Translations under genes and position numbers: made by a program
Part shown: one piece after another, positions 1 through 9,968 of the stretch
Layout: the number at the start of each line of letters is the position of its first letter
How positions within the stretch are numbered: position 1 is the stretch's first letter
The notes under the pieces: model-generated
Told to the model about the DNA's origin: nothing
Seen by the model: only the letters and a program-made list of their open reading frames with translations
Database searches by the model: none
Source: a virus
Taxonomy: Duplodnaviria; Caudoviricetes
Reading direction: 5' to 3' (one strand)
Length of the DNA stretch: 31,695 nucleotides
Virus record (IMG/VR): IMGVR_UViG_3300020227_000010
Location: 1 to 31,695 of that record

Positions 1-30
1 TATCGAATAACAGGTATAAACACAATTTAA
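1..30 (+). CDS. 3' end of upstream gene (probably tail/receptor-binding protein), partial
   Basis: Reads YRITGINTI-stop (TAA 28-30), directly followed by SD GGAGG of the next gene; C-terminus resembles the ...VTRIIG.. ending of the RBP at 425-1825. Confidence 0.5.
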   Translation, partial: YRITGINTI

Positions 31-41
31 GGAGGATATTA

Positions 42-422
42 ATGAACGTGAGTGTAGATTATAAAAATTTAAATAATATAGTTTTAAATGTAAGAGATGA
101 CTCAAACATCATAACTGGGTATACAACATATGGAGGATATACAGAAAATGTAAATAGTTATTATTTTGAAAATGCAAAAGAACTTCTTCCTGATGACTTT
201 TTTACGGTAGACGACTTTAGTGATAGATTTGTGTTACTACAAGACCCTTACGAGGTTAGAAAAAATCCAGACTATGAAAAAATTAAAGAGCAGAAAGAAG
301 AAGAGGAAAGAAAACAAAGAGAAAAATTATCAAATGAAGCCACAGTATCTAGAGAAGAATATGATAGCTTAAAATCTGAGTTAGAAGAACTTAAGAGATT
401 AATACAGCAAGGAGGTAAGTAA
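42..422 (+). CDS. Small tail-fibre/RBP-associated protein (DUF2977-like N-terminus, coiled-coil C-terminus)
   Basis: SD AAGGAGG; IITGYTTYGG motif; position between two RBP-type genes as in K-like phages. Confidence 0.55.
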   Translation: MNVSVDYKNLNNIVLNVRDDSNIITGYTTYGGYTENVNSYYFENAKELLPDDFFTVDDFSDRFVLLQDPYEVRKNPDYEKIKEQKEEEERKQREKLSNEATVSREEYDSLKSELEELKRLIQQGGK

Positions 423-424
423 TA

Positions 425-1825
425 GTGGCATTAGACTTCAATAGTATAACCTCTACAGATACCTTCCTTAAATATACGGAAGAATTGAATAAAATAGGCA
501 ATGAACTTACTAAAAAAAACAATATATTTACGCAAGTTAGTGATATAAAAAGTGAATTAAGTACAGTACAAAGATATAAATTGACAACAGATTCAGGATT
601 AGCTTTAAGTAGGAGTATAAGATATTTATCTGATTTACAACAAGCAGGTACATTTTATGTAACAGCTTCAACATTAGCTACTTTACCAGATAAACCTAAG
701 TCTTTAATAACAACTGATGTTATTATAGAAGTAAAACCTTCACGAAGAGAAAGTGAAGTCATTCAACAAATAACTACTCTAGGAACAGATACAATAGATG
801 CGAAAGTAGTATACAGATTCCTAACACAAGACAATAGTTCAGATTGGATTTATTTTAATACGTTATCAAATAATAGACATACTAAAAGAGTAATAAACTT
901 ACCTAACTATAATGATCCAGGAACTTACTTTGTCAATAGTGGGAGTACAGGATTACCTGAAGAAATTAATAATCAAGAAGGTATTGTGAAGATATTTATA
1001 GATAGTGATAATAATAAATATTATGAGTACTATAATAATGAAAATAAAACATTATATACAGGGTATAAACCAAAAAGTCAAAATACTATAAATTGGAATA
1101 CAAATAAAACAGACCCTAAAGAAGTATCCACTTTCTTATTAGGTGATGTAGCAGAAACTAACGAAGGATTACAGTACTCAAATTTTGGATTATTTAGCTA
1201 TACCGTAGATAATAAGAGTTGGGAAACAGCAGTAAAAGAAAAATTAGCTACGGGAAAAACCAATTTCACGTTTTATTGTCAAGGCGGGGTTGAAGGAAAC
1301 CCGGCAGGAAAATATAGTTGTAGAGGTATGGTAATTTCCGATGCTCCTAGTGGTTCTTATGGTCTATATTATGCTATAACCAATGGAGGACAATTATTTA
1401 CAGGTGCAATCAGTAATTATGAATTTACTACACCACAAACAACACCAAGTGTAAGAGTATTATGGAAAGGTGCTTTGAATTTCAAAACGATTGATAGGAA
1501 TCAAACAATGAATGACACAATTAACAATTATGATTATGTTGAAGTATATACTAAAATGAGAGCTTTTAAAGAAACTAAAGGAAAAGACCTTATTCAAAAT
1601 ATAGCACACAAATTCTATAGAGACGGAGAAACTTATTTTGTATGTACAGGTTCTATATTAGGAGGGGAGTTTAAAGGTACAGCTGATGTTCCCACTCAAG
1701 ATGTATACAGGGTAAGTTTAGAATTTAAAGGAGATACTTTCCAACTCAAAGATAGTGCAATAAATAGTGATAAAACTCAATATGTAACAAGAATCATTGG
1801 TTACAATATGACAGATGCCTTTTAA
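425..1825 (+). CDS. Receptor-binding protein (homolog of the ~458-aa K-like RBP upstream of the helicase)
   Basis: GTG start with SD AAGGAGGT; recognisable motifs FTFYCQGGVEG.P...SCRG and C-terminal DSA...KTQYVTRIIG; synteny. Confidence 0.8.
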   Translation: MALDFNSITSTDTFLKYTEELNKIGNELTKKNNIFTQVSDIKSELSTVQRYKLTTDSGLALSRSIRYLSDLQQAGTFYVTASTLATLPDKPKSLITTDVIIEVKPSRRESEVIQQITTLGTDTIDAKVVYRFLTQDNSSDWIYFNTLSNNRHTKRVINLPNYNDPGTYFVNSGSTGLPEEINNQEGIVKIFIDSDNNKYYEYYNNENKTLYTGYKPKSQNTINWNTNKTDPKEVSTFLLGDVAETNEGLQYSNFGLFSYTVDNKSWETAVKEKLATGKTNFTFYCQGGVEGNPAGKYSCRGMVISDAPSGSYGLYYAITNGGQLFTGAISNYEFTTPQTTPSVRVLWKGALNFKTIDRNQTMNDTINNYDYVEVYTKMRAFKETKGKDLIQNIAHKFYRDGETYFVCTGSILGGEFKGTADVPTQDVYRVSLEFKGDTFQLKDSAINSDKTQYVTRIIGYNMTDAF

Positions 1826-1845
1826 TAAAGGGCATCTTTTTTTTT
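1813..1845 (+). terminator. Rho-independent terminator ending the structural module
   Basis: AGATGCC (1813-1819)/GGCATCT (1831-1837) stem followed by a T-run to 1845. Confidence 0.85.
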
Positions 1846-1872
1846 GACTTAATTTAACTTATATGGTATAAT
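1844..1872 (+). promoter_or_regulatory. Sigma-A promoter for helicase operon
   Basis: TTGACT (1844-1849), 17 bp, TATAAT (1867-1872) with extended TG; -35 overlaps the terminator T-run. Confidence 0.85.
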
Positions 1873-1909
1873 AAATACATGGTGGGTATGGATATTGAAA
1901 GGAGAACAA

Positions 1910-4900
1910 ATGAAATTATATTTGCAAAATATTTATACTTACGTGGAGTTTGGTGGTAATGAAGAAACGTTAAGGGAGGTTTTTAGAAAAAGGATTCATA
2001 CACATATAGGCGTAAGAGCACAGGGTTATCAGTTTGTTAAAGCATTTAAACTTAAGAAGTGGGATGGATATACAGACTTCTATGAATTCGATAAAGATAG
2101 ATTCCCTAGTGGTCTATTAGAACAAGTAAAAGAATTATTATACGATTTACAGAATAGATATACATTCCAATTTGATGTTGTAGATGAAAGAAGTGAAGCT
2201 TTCTTAGAACCAGAAGATATAACTAAAGAAATAAAGTTATTAGATAAAAAAATGGGAACAATTACATTAAGGGATTATCAACAAGAAGGTGTAGAAGAAT
2301 CTCTAACTAAATATAACGGAATATTAAATGCAGCCACTAATTGCTTGACAAAAGACACACCCATATTAACAAATAAGGGGTATAAAACTATAGAAGAGAT
2401 ATTTATAGAAAAAGATATTCCTTTAGGAACTGAAAAAGCAGAATATCCTGTTAAATATCCTTTAATTAATAGATATGGTGAAGAGGAAAAAACAAGTAAG
2501 TTTTTTGTTAATGGTATTCAAGATGTATTTAAGGTTGTGACTTGGGAAGGTAAAGAAATAAAAGCTACAGCTAATCACCCCTTATTAGTATTAGATGATG
2601 GAGAGCTTATATGGAAAAAAATAGAAGATTTAACTACAGAGGATTATTTAGTATCTAGATTAAACACACAAGTTTATGGAAAAGACGAAAGGATTATAGA
2701 TTATTTTGAAGCCTACTGTATAGGATTGCTTGTAGCAGATGGTTCTTACAATAGAAAAGGGGAATTAATGTTTGCTAATGATGAATATGTATTAGGAGAG
2801 AAAATAAAAAAATATTTTTCTAGTTATATAGGAAAAGAGCCTAGATTTATAGATGAAGATACATGGTTTAAGTATTATGCCAACTCTGTTAAAAAAGTAG
2901 AAGAAGACTTTCATAAGAGACTAGGTATTGGACACTTAAAATCTAGAGAAAAAAGAGTTCCTGAGTGTATTAGATTAGGCTCTAAAGATATTCATATAGC
3001 TTTCTTGAGTGGTTTTTTAGAGTGTGAAACACATATACACAAAGAAAATTTTAAAATAACTACTAAAAGTTCTTCTAAGATTTTGCTTGAAGATTTACAA
3101 AGAATGTTAGCTAATCTAGGTATAAAATCATCTATAAGGTTTAGAAAAAATAATAATTATGAAGGTAAATATTCTAAACTTTATTTTGCAGATTTAAATA
3201 TAGTGGGGCGAGATGTTAATAAGGTTCTGGATATTTTGGACTTTGAGACAGATTTTAGAAATGAAAGAAAACAATATTTATTGAATAAAGAAATAAAAAG
3301 AAAACCTAAAGGCTCTATACCCTATTCTCGTAAGTATTTAACTGACTTTGTTAGGAGTTCAAGTAAGTCTAATAAGGAACTTCATGGAAAAGACCAATTA
3401 AATTTAGACCCTAAGACTATTAAAGATATTTTAAGGAATGATGAAGACGGGGATTTAACTTTAAGAAGAAAAGTAGAGAACGTATTTAACGAAGACTTAT
3501 ATTTTAATAAAGTAGAAAGTGTTATTTATGAAGGTAAAGAGGAGACATACGATGTGTGTATGCCTGAGACACATAGTTTTATTGCTAATACTATAATAAA
3601 TCATAATTCTGGAAAAACAGAAATAGCTAGTGGTATTATACAAGAACTTCTACCCTACTTAGAAAAAGGAGAAACAATTACTTTCTTCACACATAGTAAA
3701 GAGATATTTCATCAAACAGCAGATAGAATGAAGGAAAGACTAAATATTCCCATAGGTAAAATAGGTGCAGGTTCATTTGACGTAAAACAAGTAAACGTGG
3801 TAATGATACCTACAGTTAATGCAAACCTTAAAGACCCAGGTGAGGGTGTAACTTTAACTCAAAAACAAATGATTTATAAGAAGGTTGCCTTACAGATATT
3901 ACCGAAACTATCTACAACACCTAACAAGAGAACAATGTTATTCTTAATGCTAGAGCAAATGAAAGTTAAAACAAAAGCAGACCAAGCATTTAAAGAAGAA
4001 CTAACTAAAATATATCAAGAACATAAATCAGACTCAGAATTAATGATGAAGTTAAATACGTATAATGTTAAGTATCAAGAAATTCTTAGAAAGAAAAATG
4101 AAAAGAAGTATGATAAGTACTACAAGATGAAAGACTTCTTACAGAGTATTGTATGTTTCATTGGTGATGAGTTCCATCATGCTAAATCTGATACTTGGTA
4201 TACAAGTTTATTACAATGTGAAAATGCTTTATACAAAATAGGACTAACAGGTTCTATTGACCACAGTGACCCTCTAACAGTACAGAGACTAAAAGCATTA
4301 TGTGGAGAAATTCTTATTAAAGTATCTAATGATTATTTAATAGAAAGAGGTATATCTGCTAGACCGACAATTAATTCAATACCTATCGCTAACCCAACTG
4401 ACTTAGAGGAAGAAAATCAGTATCAAGTAGCGTATGAAAAAGGTATTGTAAATAATGAATTTAGAAATACTCTAGTTGCAAAAATAACAGAAAAGTGTTA
4501 CCATGATAATAAAGGTATTTTAATTATCGTTAATTTCTTACAACATGGTAATAATATATCTGAACTACTAGAAAGTTATGATATTCCACATGAATTTATT
4601 TACGGTGACTTAGAAACAGATAAACGTAAACAGTACTTATCTGATATGAAGTCAGGTAAAATTAAAGTTCTTATTGCTACTTCACTTATAGATGAAGGTG
4701 TGGATATTTCTGGAATTAATACTTTAATTATTGCAGCAGGAGGAAAATCATTAAGGCAAGTATTACAAAGAATAGGTCGTGCTTTAAGACGTAAGGAAGA
4801 AGATAATACAACACAGATATATGACTTTATAGATATGACAAATAAATTCCTCTATAAACATTATTTAGAGAGAAGAAGTATTTATGATAATGAAAATTTT

Positions 4901-4921
4901 GAAGTAAGGGAAATAAAATAG
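1910..4921 (+). CDS. Superfamily 2 (UvsW-like, DEXH) DNA helicase precursor containing an intein; 1003 aa precursor, about 581 aa spliced
   Basis: ATG 1910 follows SD GAAAGGAG (preferred over TTG 1895); Q-motif LRDYQ, Walker A reconstituted as AATN|SGKT, DEFHH, GLTGS, EGVDI, QRIGRALR. Confidence 0.92.
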   Translation: MKLYLQNIYTYVEFGGNEETLREVFRKRIHTHIGVRAQGYQFVKAFKLKKWDGYTDFYEFDKDRFPSGLLEQVKELLYDLQNRYTFQFDVVDERSEAFLEPEDITKEIKLLDKKMGTITLRDYQQEGVEESLTKYNGILNAATNCLTKDTPILTNKGYKTIEEIFIEKDIPLGTEKAEYPVKYPLINRYGEEEKTSKFFVNGIQDVFKVVTWEGKEIKATANHPLLVLDDGELIWKKIEDLTTEDYLVSRLNTQVYGKDERIIDYFEAYCIGLLVADGSYNRKGELMFANDEYVLGEKIKKYFSSYIGKEPRFIDEDTWFKYYANSVKKVEEDFHKRLGIGHLKSREKRVPECIRLGSKDIHIAFLSGFLECETHIHKENFKITTKSSSKILLEDLQRMLANLGIKSSIRFRKNNNYEGKYSKLYFADLNIVGRDVNKVLDILDFETDFRNERKQYLLNKEIKRKPKGSIPYSRKYLTDFVRSSSKSNKELHGKDQLNLDPKTIKDILRNDEDGDLTLRRKVENVFNEDLYFNKVESVIYEGKEETYDVCMPETHSFIANTIINHNSGKTEIASGIIQELLPYLEKGETITFFTHSKEIFHQTADRMKERLNIPIGKIGAGSFDVKQVNVVMIPTVNANLKDPGEGVTLTQKQMIYKKVALQILPKLSTTPNKRTMLFLMLEQMKVKTKADQAFKEELTKIYQEHKSDSELMMKLNTYNVKYQEILRKKNEKKYDKYYKMKDFLQSIVCFIGDEFHHAKSDTWYTSLLQCENALYKIGLTGSIDHSDPLTVQRLKALCGEILIKVSNDYLIERGISARPTINSIPIANPTDLEEENQYQVAYEKGIVNNEFRNTLVAKITEKCYHDNKGILIIVNFLQHGNNISELLESYDIPHEFIYGDLETDKRKQYLSDMKSGKIKVLIATSLIDEGVDISGINTLIIAAGGKSLRQVLQRIGRALRRKEEDNTTQIYDFIDMTNKFLYKHYLERRSIYDNENFEVREIK
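2342..3607 (+). mobile_element. Intein (422 aa) with LAGLIDADG homing endonuclease domain in helicase Walker A
   Basis: Starts CLTKDT, block B ATANHPLL, LAGLIDADG-like IGLLVADGS and FLSGFLECET, block F TYDVCMP, ends IINHN followed by +1 Ser. Confidence 0.93.
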
Positions 4922-4937
4922 AAAGTGGTGGGTTAAT

Positions 4938-6482
4938 GTGGATAAACAAGAAGTACTTAAATATTTAAAAGAAAATAGTAAACAAAGATTATTTACTATA
5001 AGAACTAAGAAATTATTATCTGAGAAACTAAATGTTTCTATAACTATATTAAATAGTAGATTGAAACAATTAGAAGATGAGAATAAGATTAAAGTAGAAA
5101 AGAAGAAACAAGGTTTAGATATTATTATCAATACAGAAGTAGACCTTCAAGATTTTCTCAATACTAATGAAAACATTATAGAATCTGATAGTGATTATGC
5201 AAAAGACTTGAGGTCTAGGGTATTTTATAGAAAAGAGAGTAAGAGAACACCTAAAGAACAAGTTGTCTTTGATTCGATTAAAGATGAGGAAAGAAAAATA
5301 ATTCAAGAGATGAACTTTAGAATGAGATACAGTAGGTTTCCAACTAAAGAAGTCTTTGAAGTATCCTCTGACCCAGAGAAACATTTTAAAACTTATATAC
5401 TTTCAAAAATATATGATAAGCTTTGTACAATACACTTAAAGGTTAGAAAAAGAAAGTTTAAAGAACAAACAGAGAAAGCAATTAAGAATAATGAATCACC
5501 AGAATACATTTCTTCTTTAGAAGCTAAATCTAATTATTATGCAGAACAAGTTGTTAAGTACGAAAGACAACAAACTCTTAATGATGATTTCTTTGGTAAC
5601 ACAACTTATGGTTATTTTTTATACTTATATCATTTATCTTATGAATTAGATATAATTAAATTTATGATAAATGTATTTAGTACGCATAGTTTTATGTTTG
5701 AACAAGGTAGAGAAGATATACCTGTACCACAACCTGTAGAGTTTACAGAACAAAGAAAAATAGATAACTACTATAAATATCTGGATACAATTAAAAACCG
5801 TATGAATAGCGATAATAGACAACTCACTAACTATACGCAACGAATGAACAGTGAAGTGGAATATAATGAAGATACAATATTACAACAATTAAAACTATTA
5901 TTAATTAAAGACTATCATCATTTAACTTATGATATTAATACAGTATTTAATGTAGCTATGGACTTAGAAGATTATCAAATGGGTTTAATTGAGCAGAAAC
6001 AACAACACTTGCTTAATTACTACCAAACGTTTAAAGAAGAAATCGAACAATTTGAACAAGAGGATAAAGAAAAGATAGATAGGTTTGTTAAACTACTAAT
6101 TATAAATAGTTATGCACCTAAAACAATTACTAATACTTACAGATTATCTATGTTCCCTCTACAAAGAATGTATTTAATTGATTTGATTCTTTCAGAACAA
6201 AACAGAGCTTTATCTGTAGCACATCTAAGAAGGATAGGATTAATACGACCTCTTAATAATAATGTCTTAGAGATTGAAGGTTTGACTGACACTGAAGCAG
6301 ATATACGATTAGGTGCAGACTTTGTAAATGCTTATAATGATATTATAGACTATAATACTTTAAGGATGTTTGGTTACTATACAGGGTTAGATATAGATAT
6401 GAGAGATATAAAACACATACTAGAAAAATATAATAAAAAACATTTGATTCCATTCACAAAATATGGTATGTTAAACATATAG
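4938..6482 (+). CDS. Putative Rep/replication-initiator-like protein with N-terminal HTH
   Basis: N-terminal winged-HTH pattern (LSEKLNVSITILNSRLKQLEDENKI); position between the two helicases as in Twort-like phages. Confidence 0.6.
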   Translation: MDKQEVLKYLKENSKQRLFTIRTKKLLSEKLNVSITILNSRLKQLEDENKIKVEKKKQGLDIIINTEVDLQDFLNTNENIIESDSDYAKDLRSRVFYRKESKRTPKEQVVFDSIKDEERKIIQEMNFRMRYSRFPTKEVFEVSSDPEKHFKTYILSKIYDKLCTIHLKVRKRKFKEQTEKAIKNNESPEYISSLEAKSNYYAEQVVKYERQQTLNDDFFGNTTYGYFLYLYHLSYELDIIKFMINVFSTHSFMFEQGREDIPVPQPVEFTEQRKIDNYYKYLDTIKNRMNSDNRQLTNYTQRMNSEVEYNEDTILQQLKLLLIKDYHHLTYDINTVFNVAMDLEDYQMGLIEQKQQHLLNYYQTFKEEIEQFEQEDKEKIDRFVKLLIINSYAPKTITNTYRLSMFPLQRMYLIDLILSEQNRALSVAHLRRIGLIRPLNNNVLEIEGLTDTEADIRLGADFVNAYNDIIDYNTLRMFGYYTGLDIDMRDIKHILEKYNKKHLIPFTKYGMLNI

Positions 6483-6496
6483 GAGGGAATACTAAG

Positions 6497-7942
6497 ATGA
6501 GTAAAACGATTAAAGATTCTATTTTAAGTAAATCTATTAAAGACATAGGGTTTGCGAAGGATGTTCTTACAACCTTACCTGGTAAGTTATTTACAGATAA
6601 TGATAACATGAGTACAATATTTACAGTTCTTAAAAGAAATGCTGTAACTAATTCTGAACCTTTATCTCAACAAGCATTATCAGCTAAGATTGAAGAATTA
6701 TTAGATAGAAGTAAAAAAGACCCTGAAGAAGTAACACAAACAATTCAATATTTAGATGGATTATATAATGTTGAAGTAGATACTCAAGATAAAGGACTAA
6801 ACAAAGAAATAGAAAGATATGTTAAAACAGAGCTATCTAAAAATGCTTTAGCTAAATTCTTATCTGAAAATAAACAAGAAGACTCGGAGAATTTGAACGA
6901 ACTTATAGATGAGTTGAAACAAATAGATATTAAAGATATAGCAGGAACAAATGGTTCTTTTATTGACTTCTTTAATGATGTAGATAAAAAACGTGAACTC
7001 TTAAATACAATTAACCAAAACAAATTCTCTACAGGTTATCATGCTTTAGATAGAGAAATTGAAGGTGGTATTGCAAGAGGAGAAGTTGGAGTATTTATTG
7101 CACCTACAGGTAAAGGTAAATCTTTCTTCGCCTCTAACTTAGCAAGAAATTATGTTAAGCAAGGACTTAATGTTTTATATGTAGCCTTAGAGGAATTAGA
7201 AAACAGATTAGTACTAAGAGCAGAGCAACAATTTGCTGGTATAAATAAGAAAACTTTAATGAATTCTGAGATGCAATTAAACGAAGACTTATTTGAAGGT
7301 ATTCAAAGTATCTATAAAAGAGATGGGCATATGTTTGGTGACTACTATATTGCTAAATATCAACCTAATGAACTTTCAATTGGTAATTTGGAACAATTGA
7401 TTATAGATACAACAATTAAAAAAGGTAAAAATATAGATGTAGTTGTTATTGACTATCCTAAACTTATGAGAAACCAATTTGATAGATACTACGATATAAG
7501 TGAGTCAGGTGGTAAGATGTTTGAAGAAATACGAAGTCTAGCACAAAAATATGATTTTGTATGTTGGACACTAGCTCAAACAAATAGAACTGCATATAGT
7601 GCGGAGGTAATTACAAGTGAACATGTAGAAGGTTCTAGGAAGATACTTAACACTGTAGAAGTAGCTTTAGTTCTTAATCAAACAAGTGAAGAATTTAAAT
7701 CTGGATTTATGAGACTTTACCTAGATAAAGTTCGTAATGGTACAAGAACAGGAGACCCGTTCGTACATCTGAAAGTAGAACCAGAGAAAATGAGAATTAG
7801 AGATGAGACTGAAGATGAATTAATTGAACATAAATCTTTAATTAATGACTCAGAAAGCAAACCGAATAACAGTAAATTTGAGAAGACTGAAAATAAAAGA
7901 GAAACTTTAAATAATAAATTCGGAGGTATGTCCATTGGATGA
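6497..7942 (+). CDS. DnaB-like replicative helicase
   Basis: Walker A APTGKGKS, YVALEE, Walker B VVVIDY, LAQTNR, LDKVRNG. Confidence 0.9.
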   Translation: MSKTIKDSILSKSIKDIGFAKDVLTTLPGKLFTDNDNMSTIFTVLKRNAVTNSEPLSQQALSAKIEELLDRSKKDPEEVTQTIQYLDGLYNVEVDTQDKGLNKEIERYVKTELSKNALAKFLSENKQEDSENLNELIDELKQIDIKDIAGTNGSFIDFFNDVDKKRELLNTINQNKFSTGYHALDREIEGGIARGEVGVFIAPTGKGKSFFASNLARNYVKQGLNVLYVALEELENRLVLRAEQQFAGINKKTLMNSEMQLNEDLFEGIQSIYKRDGHMFGDYYIAKYQPNELSIGNLEQLIIDTTIKKGKNIDVVVIDYPKLMRNQFDRYYDISESGGKMFEEIRSLAQKYDFVCWTLAQTNRTAYSAEVITSEHVEGSRKILNTVEVALVLNQTSEEFKSGFMRLYLDKVRNGTRTGDPFVHLKVEPEKMRIRDETEDELIEHKSLINDSESKPNNSKFEKTENKRETLNNKFGGMSIG

Positions 7943-8207
7943 ATTTAAAAAGGTTTATAAAAAAGCAAGACGTATATTCACAAGACACAAAGCAACATGG
8001 GAAGATAAAGGAAGTATTAAAGCTTTTTATTTAAAAGGAACAAGTATAGGAGTAATTGACTTAGATGAGTCAGCTAAACTACAAGGTAAAGAGGAAAATC
8101 CTTCAGGTTATAGATACAATGTCATGTCTGATAAAAAACCTGCAATACCTTGTAATTCTCTAGAAGAAGTACTAGAAGCTATAGAAATAAAATTAAAAGA
8201 AAAATAA
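7935..8207 (+). CDS. Hypothetical protein (90 aa)
   Basis: SD GGAGGT, overlaps helicase stop, followed by terminator. Confidence 0.7.
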   Translation: MDEFKKVYKKARRIFTRHKATWEDKGSIKAFYLKGTSIGVIDLDESAKLQGKEENPSGYRYNVMSDKKPAIPCNSLEEVLEAIEIKLKEK

Positions 8208-8210
8208 TTT

Positions 8211-8249
8211 AAACTACCTATTGACTTAGGTAGTTTTTTATTATATAAT
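8211..8249 (+). promoter_or_regulatory. Terminator hairpin with embedded sigma-A promoter
   Basis: AAACTACCTA-TTGACT-TAGGTAGTTT hairpin plus T-run; loop TTGACT (8221-8226) is 17 bp from TATAAT (8244-8249). Confidence 0.85.
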
Positions 8250-8281
8250 GATATTATAAACAAAAAAAGGAGAGAATTATA

Positions 8282-8563
8282 ATGAGAAATTTTGACCCAA
8301 TAATTAACTTTAGATTTTTTAATAATAGTAAACCAGAAGGATATGTAATATTTTTAACAAGTGAGACAGAAACTAAAGGGATGACAATTGAAGTAGCAAG
8401 TCCAGAAGATAGAGTGTTTGAGTTAGAATATAAACCAAATACAATTATTTTGACAGATAACAATAATAAAATAACTACTTATGTAAATGATGTAGATACT
8501 TCATCTGACGAACTAGAAAAACATATACACAAACTTGTTGAAGAAGATTTGGAGGATGAGTAA
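8282..8563 (+). CDS. Hypothetical protein (93 aa)
   Basis: SD AAGGAG, own promoter, TAATG overlap with the SbcD-like gene. Confidence 0.75.
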   Translation: MRNFDPIINFRFFNNSKPEGYVIFLTSETETKGMTIEVASPEDRVFELEYKPNTIILTDNNNKITTYVNDVDTSSDELEKHIHKLVEEDLEDE

Positions 8564-9591
8564 TGAAATTTATATTTTTTACTGATAGTCATTTTCATTT
8601 ATTTACAAACTATGCAAAACCTGATGAAGGTTATGTAAATGATAGATTTAAAGAGCAAATAGAATCATTACAGAAAGTGTTTGATATTGCTAGAGAAGAG
8701 AAAGCTAAAGTTATTTTTGGTGGAGACCTATTTCATAAACGTAACTCGGTAGATACTAGAGTGTACAATAAGGTATTTGAAACATTTGCTAATAATCAAG
8801 ATATTAAGGTTTATATGGTTAGAGGAAATCATGATGCTGTAAGTAACTCATTATATACTGATTCAAGTATAGATATATTTGAAACGTTACCTAATGTAGA
8901 GGTAACTAAAACTTTAAGAAGTGAACCTTTAAGTTCAAAAGTACAGTTAACGATGTGTGCCTATGGAGATGAAACAGAAGAAATTAAAGAATTTATTAAG
9001 GATAGCTATCAAGAAGGTAAAGTAAATGTTCTAGTAGGACACTTAGGTGTGGAGGGTTCTATTACAGGTAAGGGTTCACACAGACTAGAGGGTGCTTTTG
9101 GTTATCAAGACCTATTACCTGATAACTATAATTTTATTCTACTAGGTCACTATCATAGAAGACAATATTTCAAGAACCCAAACCATTTGTACGGAGGCTC
9201 TTTACTACAGCAATCATTCTCTGATGAACAAGAAGCTAATGGTGTACATTTAATTGACACAGACAAGTTAACTACTGAATTTATACCTTTAGATACACGT
9301 AAATTCATTACAATACAAGGAGACAATATTCCTGATAACTTTGACCAACTCATAGATGAAAATAATTTTATCAGATTTATAGGTACTGCCAACCATGCTA
9401 AGGTTTTAGAAATGGATGAGAGTATGAAAGACAAAAATATTGAAGTACAAGTTAAAAAGGAGTATACTGTAGAAAAACGTATTGATAGTGATGTATCAGA
9501 TGACCCATTAACAATTGCAGAAGCATATGCTAAACAGTTTACACCAGAAGCTGAAAAAGAGCTAATAGAGTGCCTAAAGGAGGTTCTATAA
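8563..9591 (+). CDS. sbcD: SbcD/Mre11-like metallophosphoesterase nuclease subunit
   Basis: Calcineurin-like motifs DSHFH, GGDLFH, RGNHD, GHLG, LGHYH. Confidence 0.9.
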   Translation: MKFIFFTDSHFHLFTNYAKPDEGYVNDRFKEQIESLQKVFDIAREEKAKVIFGGDLFHKRNSVDTRVYNKVFETFANNQDIKVYMVRGNHDAVSNSLYTDSSIDIFETLPNVEVTKTLRSEPLSSKVQLTMCAYGDETEEIKEFIKDSYQEGKVNVLVGHLGVEGSITGKGSHRLEGAFGYQDLLPDNYNFILLGHYHRRQYFKNPNHLYGGSLLQQSFSDEQEANGVHLIDTDKLTTEFIPLDTRKFITIQGDNIPDNFDQLIDENNFIRFIGTANHAKVLEMDESMKDKNIEVQVKKEYTVEKRIDSDVSDDPLTIAEAYAKQFTPEAEKELIECLKEVL

Positions 9592-9968
9592 TGAGAAAAT
9601 ATAAAGAATATCTAAACAAGTCAGATGAAGAAAATTTAGCAGAAGATTGGGAAAAGGTAAAAGAAGATTTATGGAAAGTGTTTAGAGATATGAAACCTAA
9701 AATTAATACACTAGACATCAGTAATGTAGTAAGTAAAAATTTAGATAAAAGTAAACCTATTTTACAATTTCAAGATTCAGACAAAGTAATAGAGAACATT
9801 TGTAATGTTGAAGGTTTAGAAGATGGTTTATCTAAAATGAAAAAGATTTTTAACGATAGTAATTTTGAAAAACATTACTATAGTAGAATTGTAGAACATG
9901 ATGATTATTATAAAATTGATTATGGTTCTCACCACTGTTTCTTTATTGTGACTAAGGAGGTTAAGTAA
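9591..9968 (+). CDS. Hypothetical protein (125 aa) between the nuclease subunits
   Basis: ATG 9591 after SD AAGGAGG with TAATG overlaps at both ends (preferred over GTG 9570). Confidence 0.75.
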   Translation: MRKYKEYLNKSDEENLAEDWEKVKEDLWKVFRDMKPKINTLDISNVVSKNLDKSKPILQFQDSDKVIENICNVEGLEDGLSKMKKIFNDSNFEKHYYSRIVEHDDYYKIDYGSHHCFFIVTKEVK

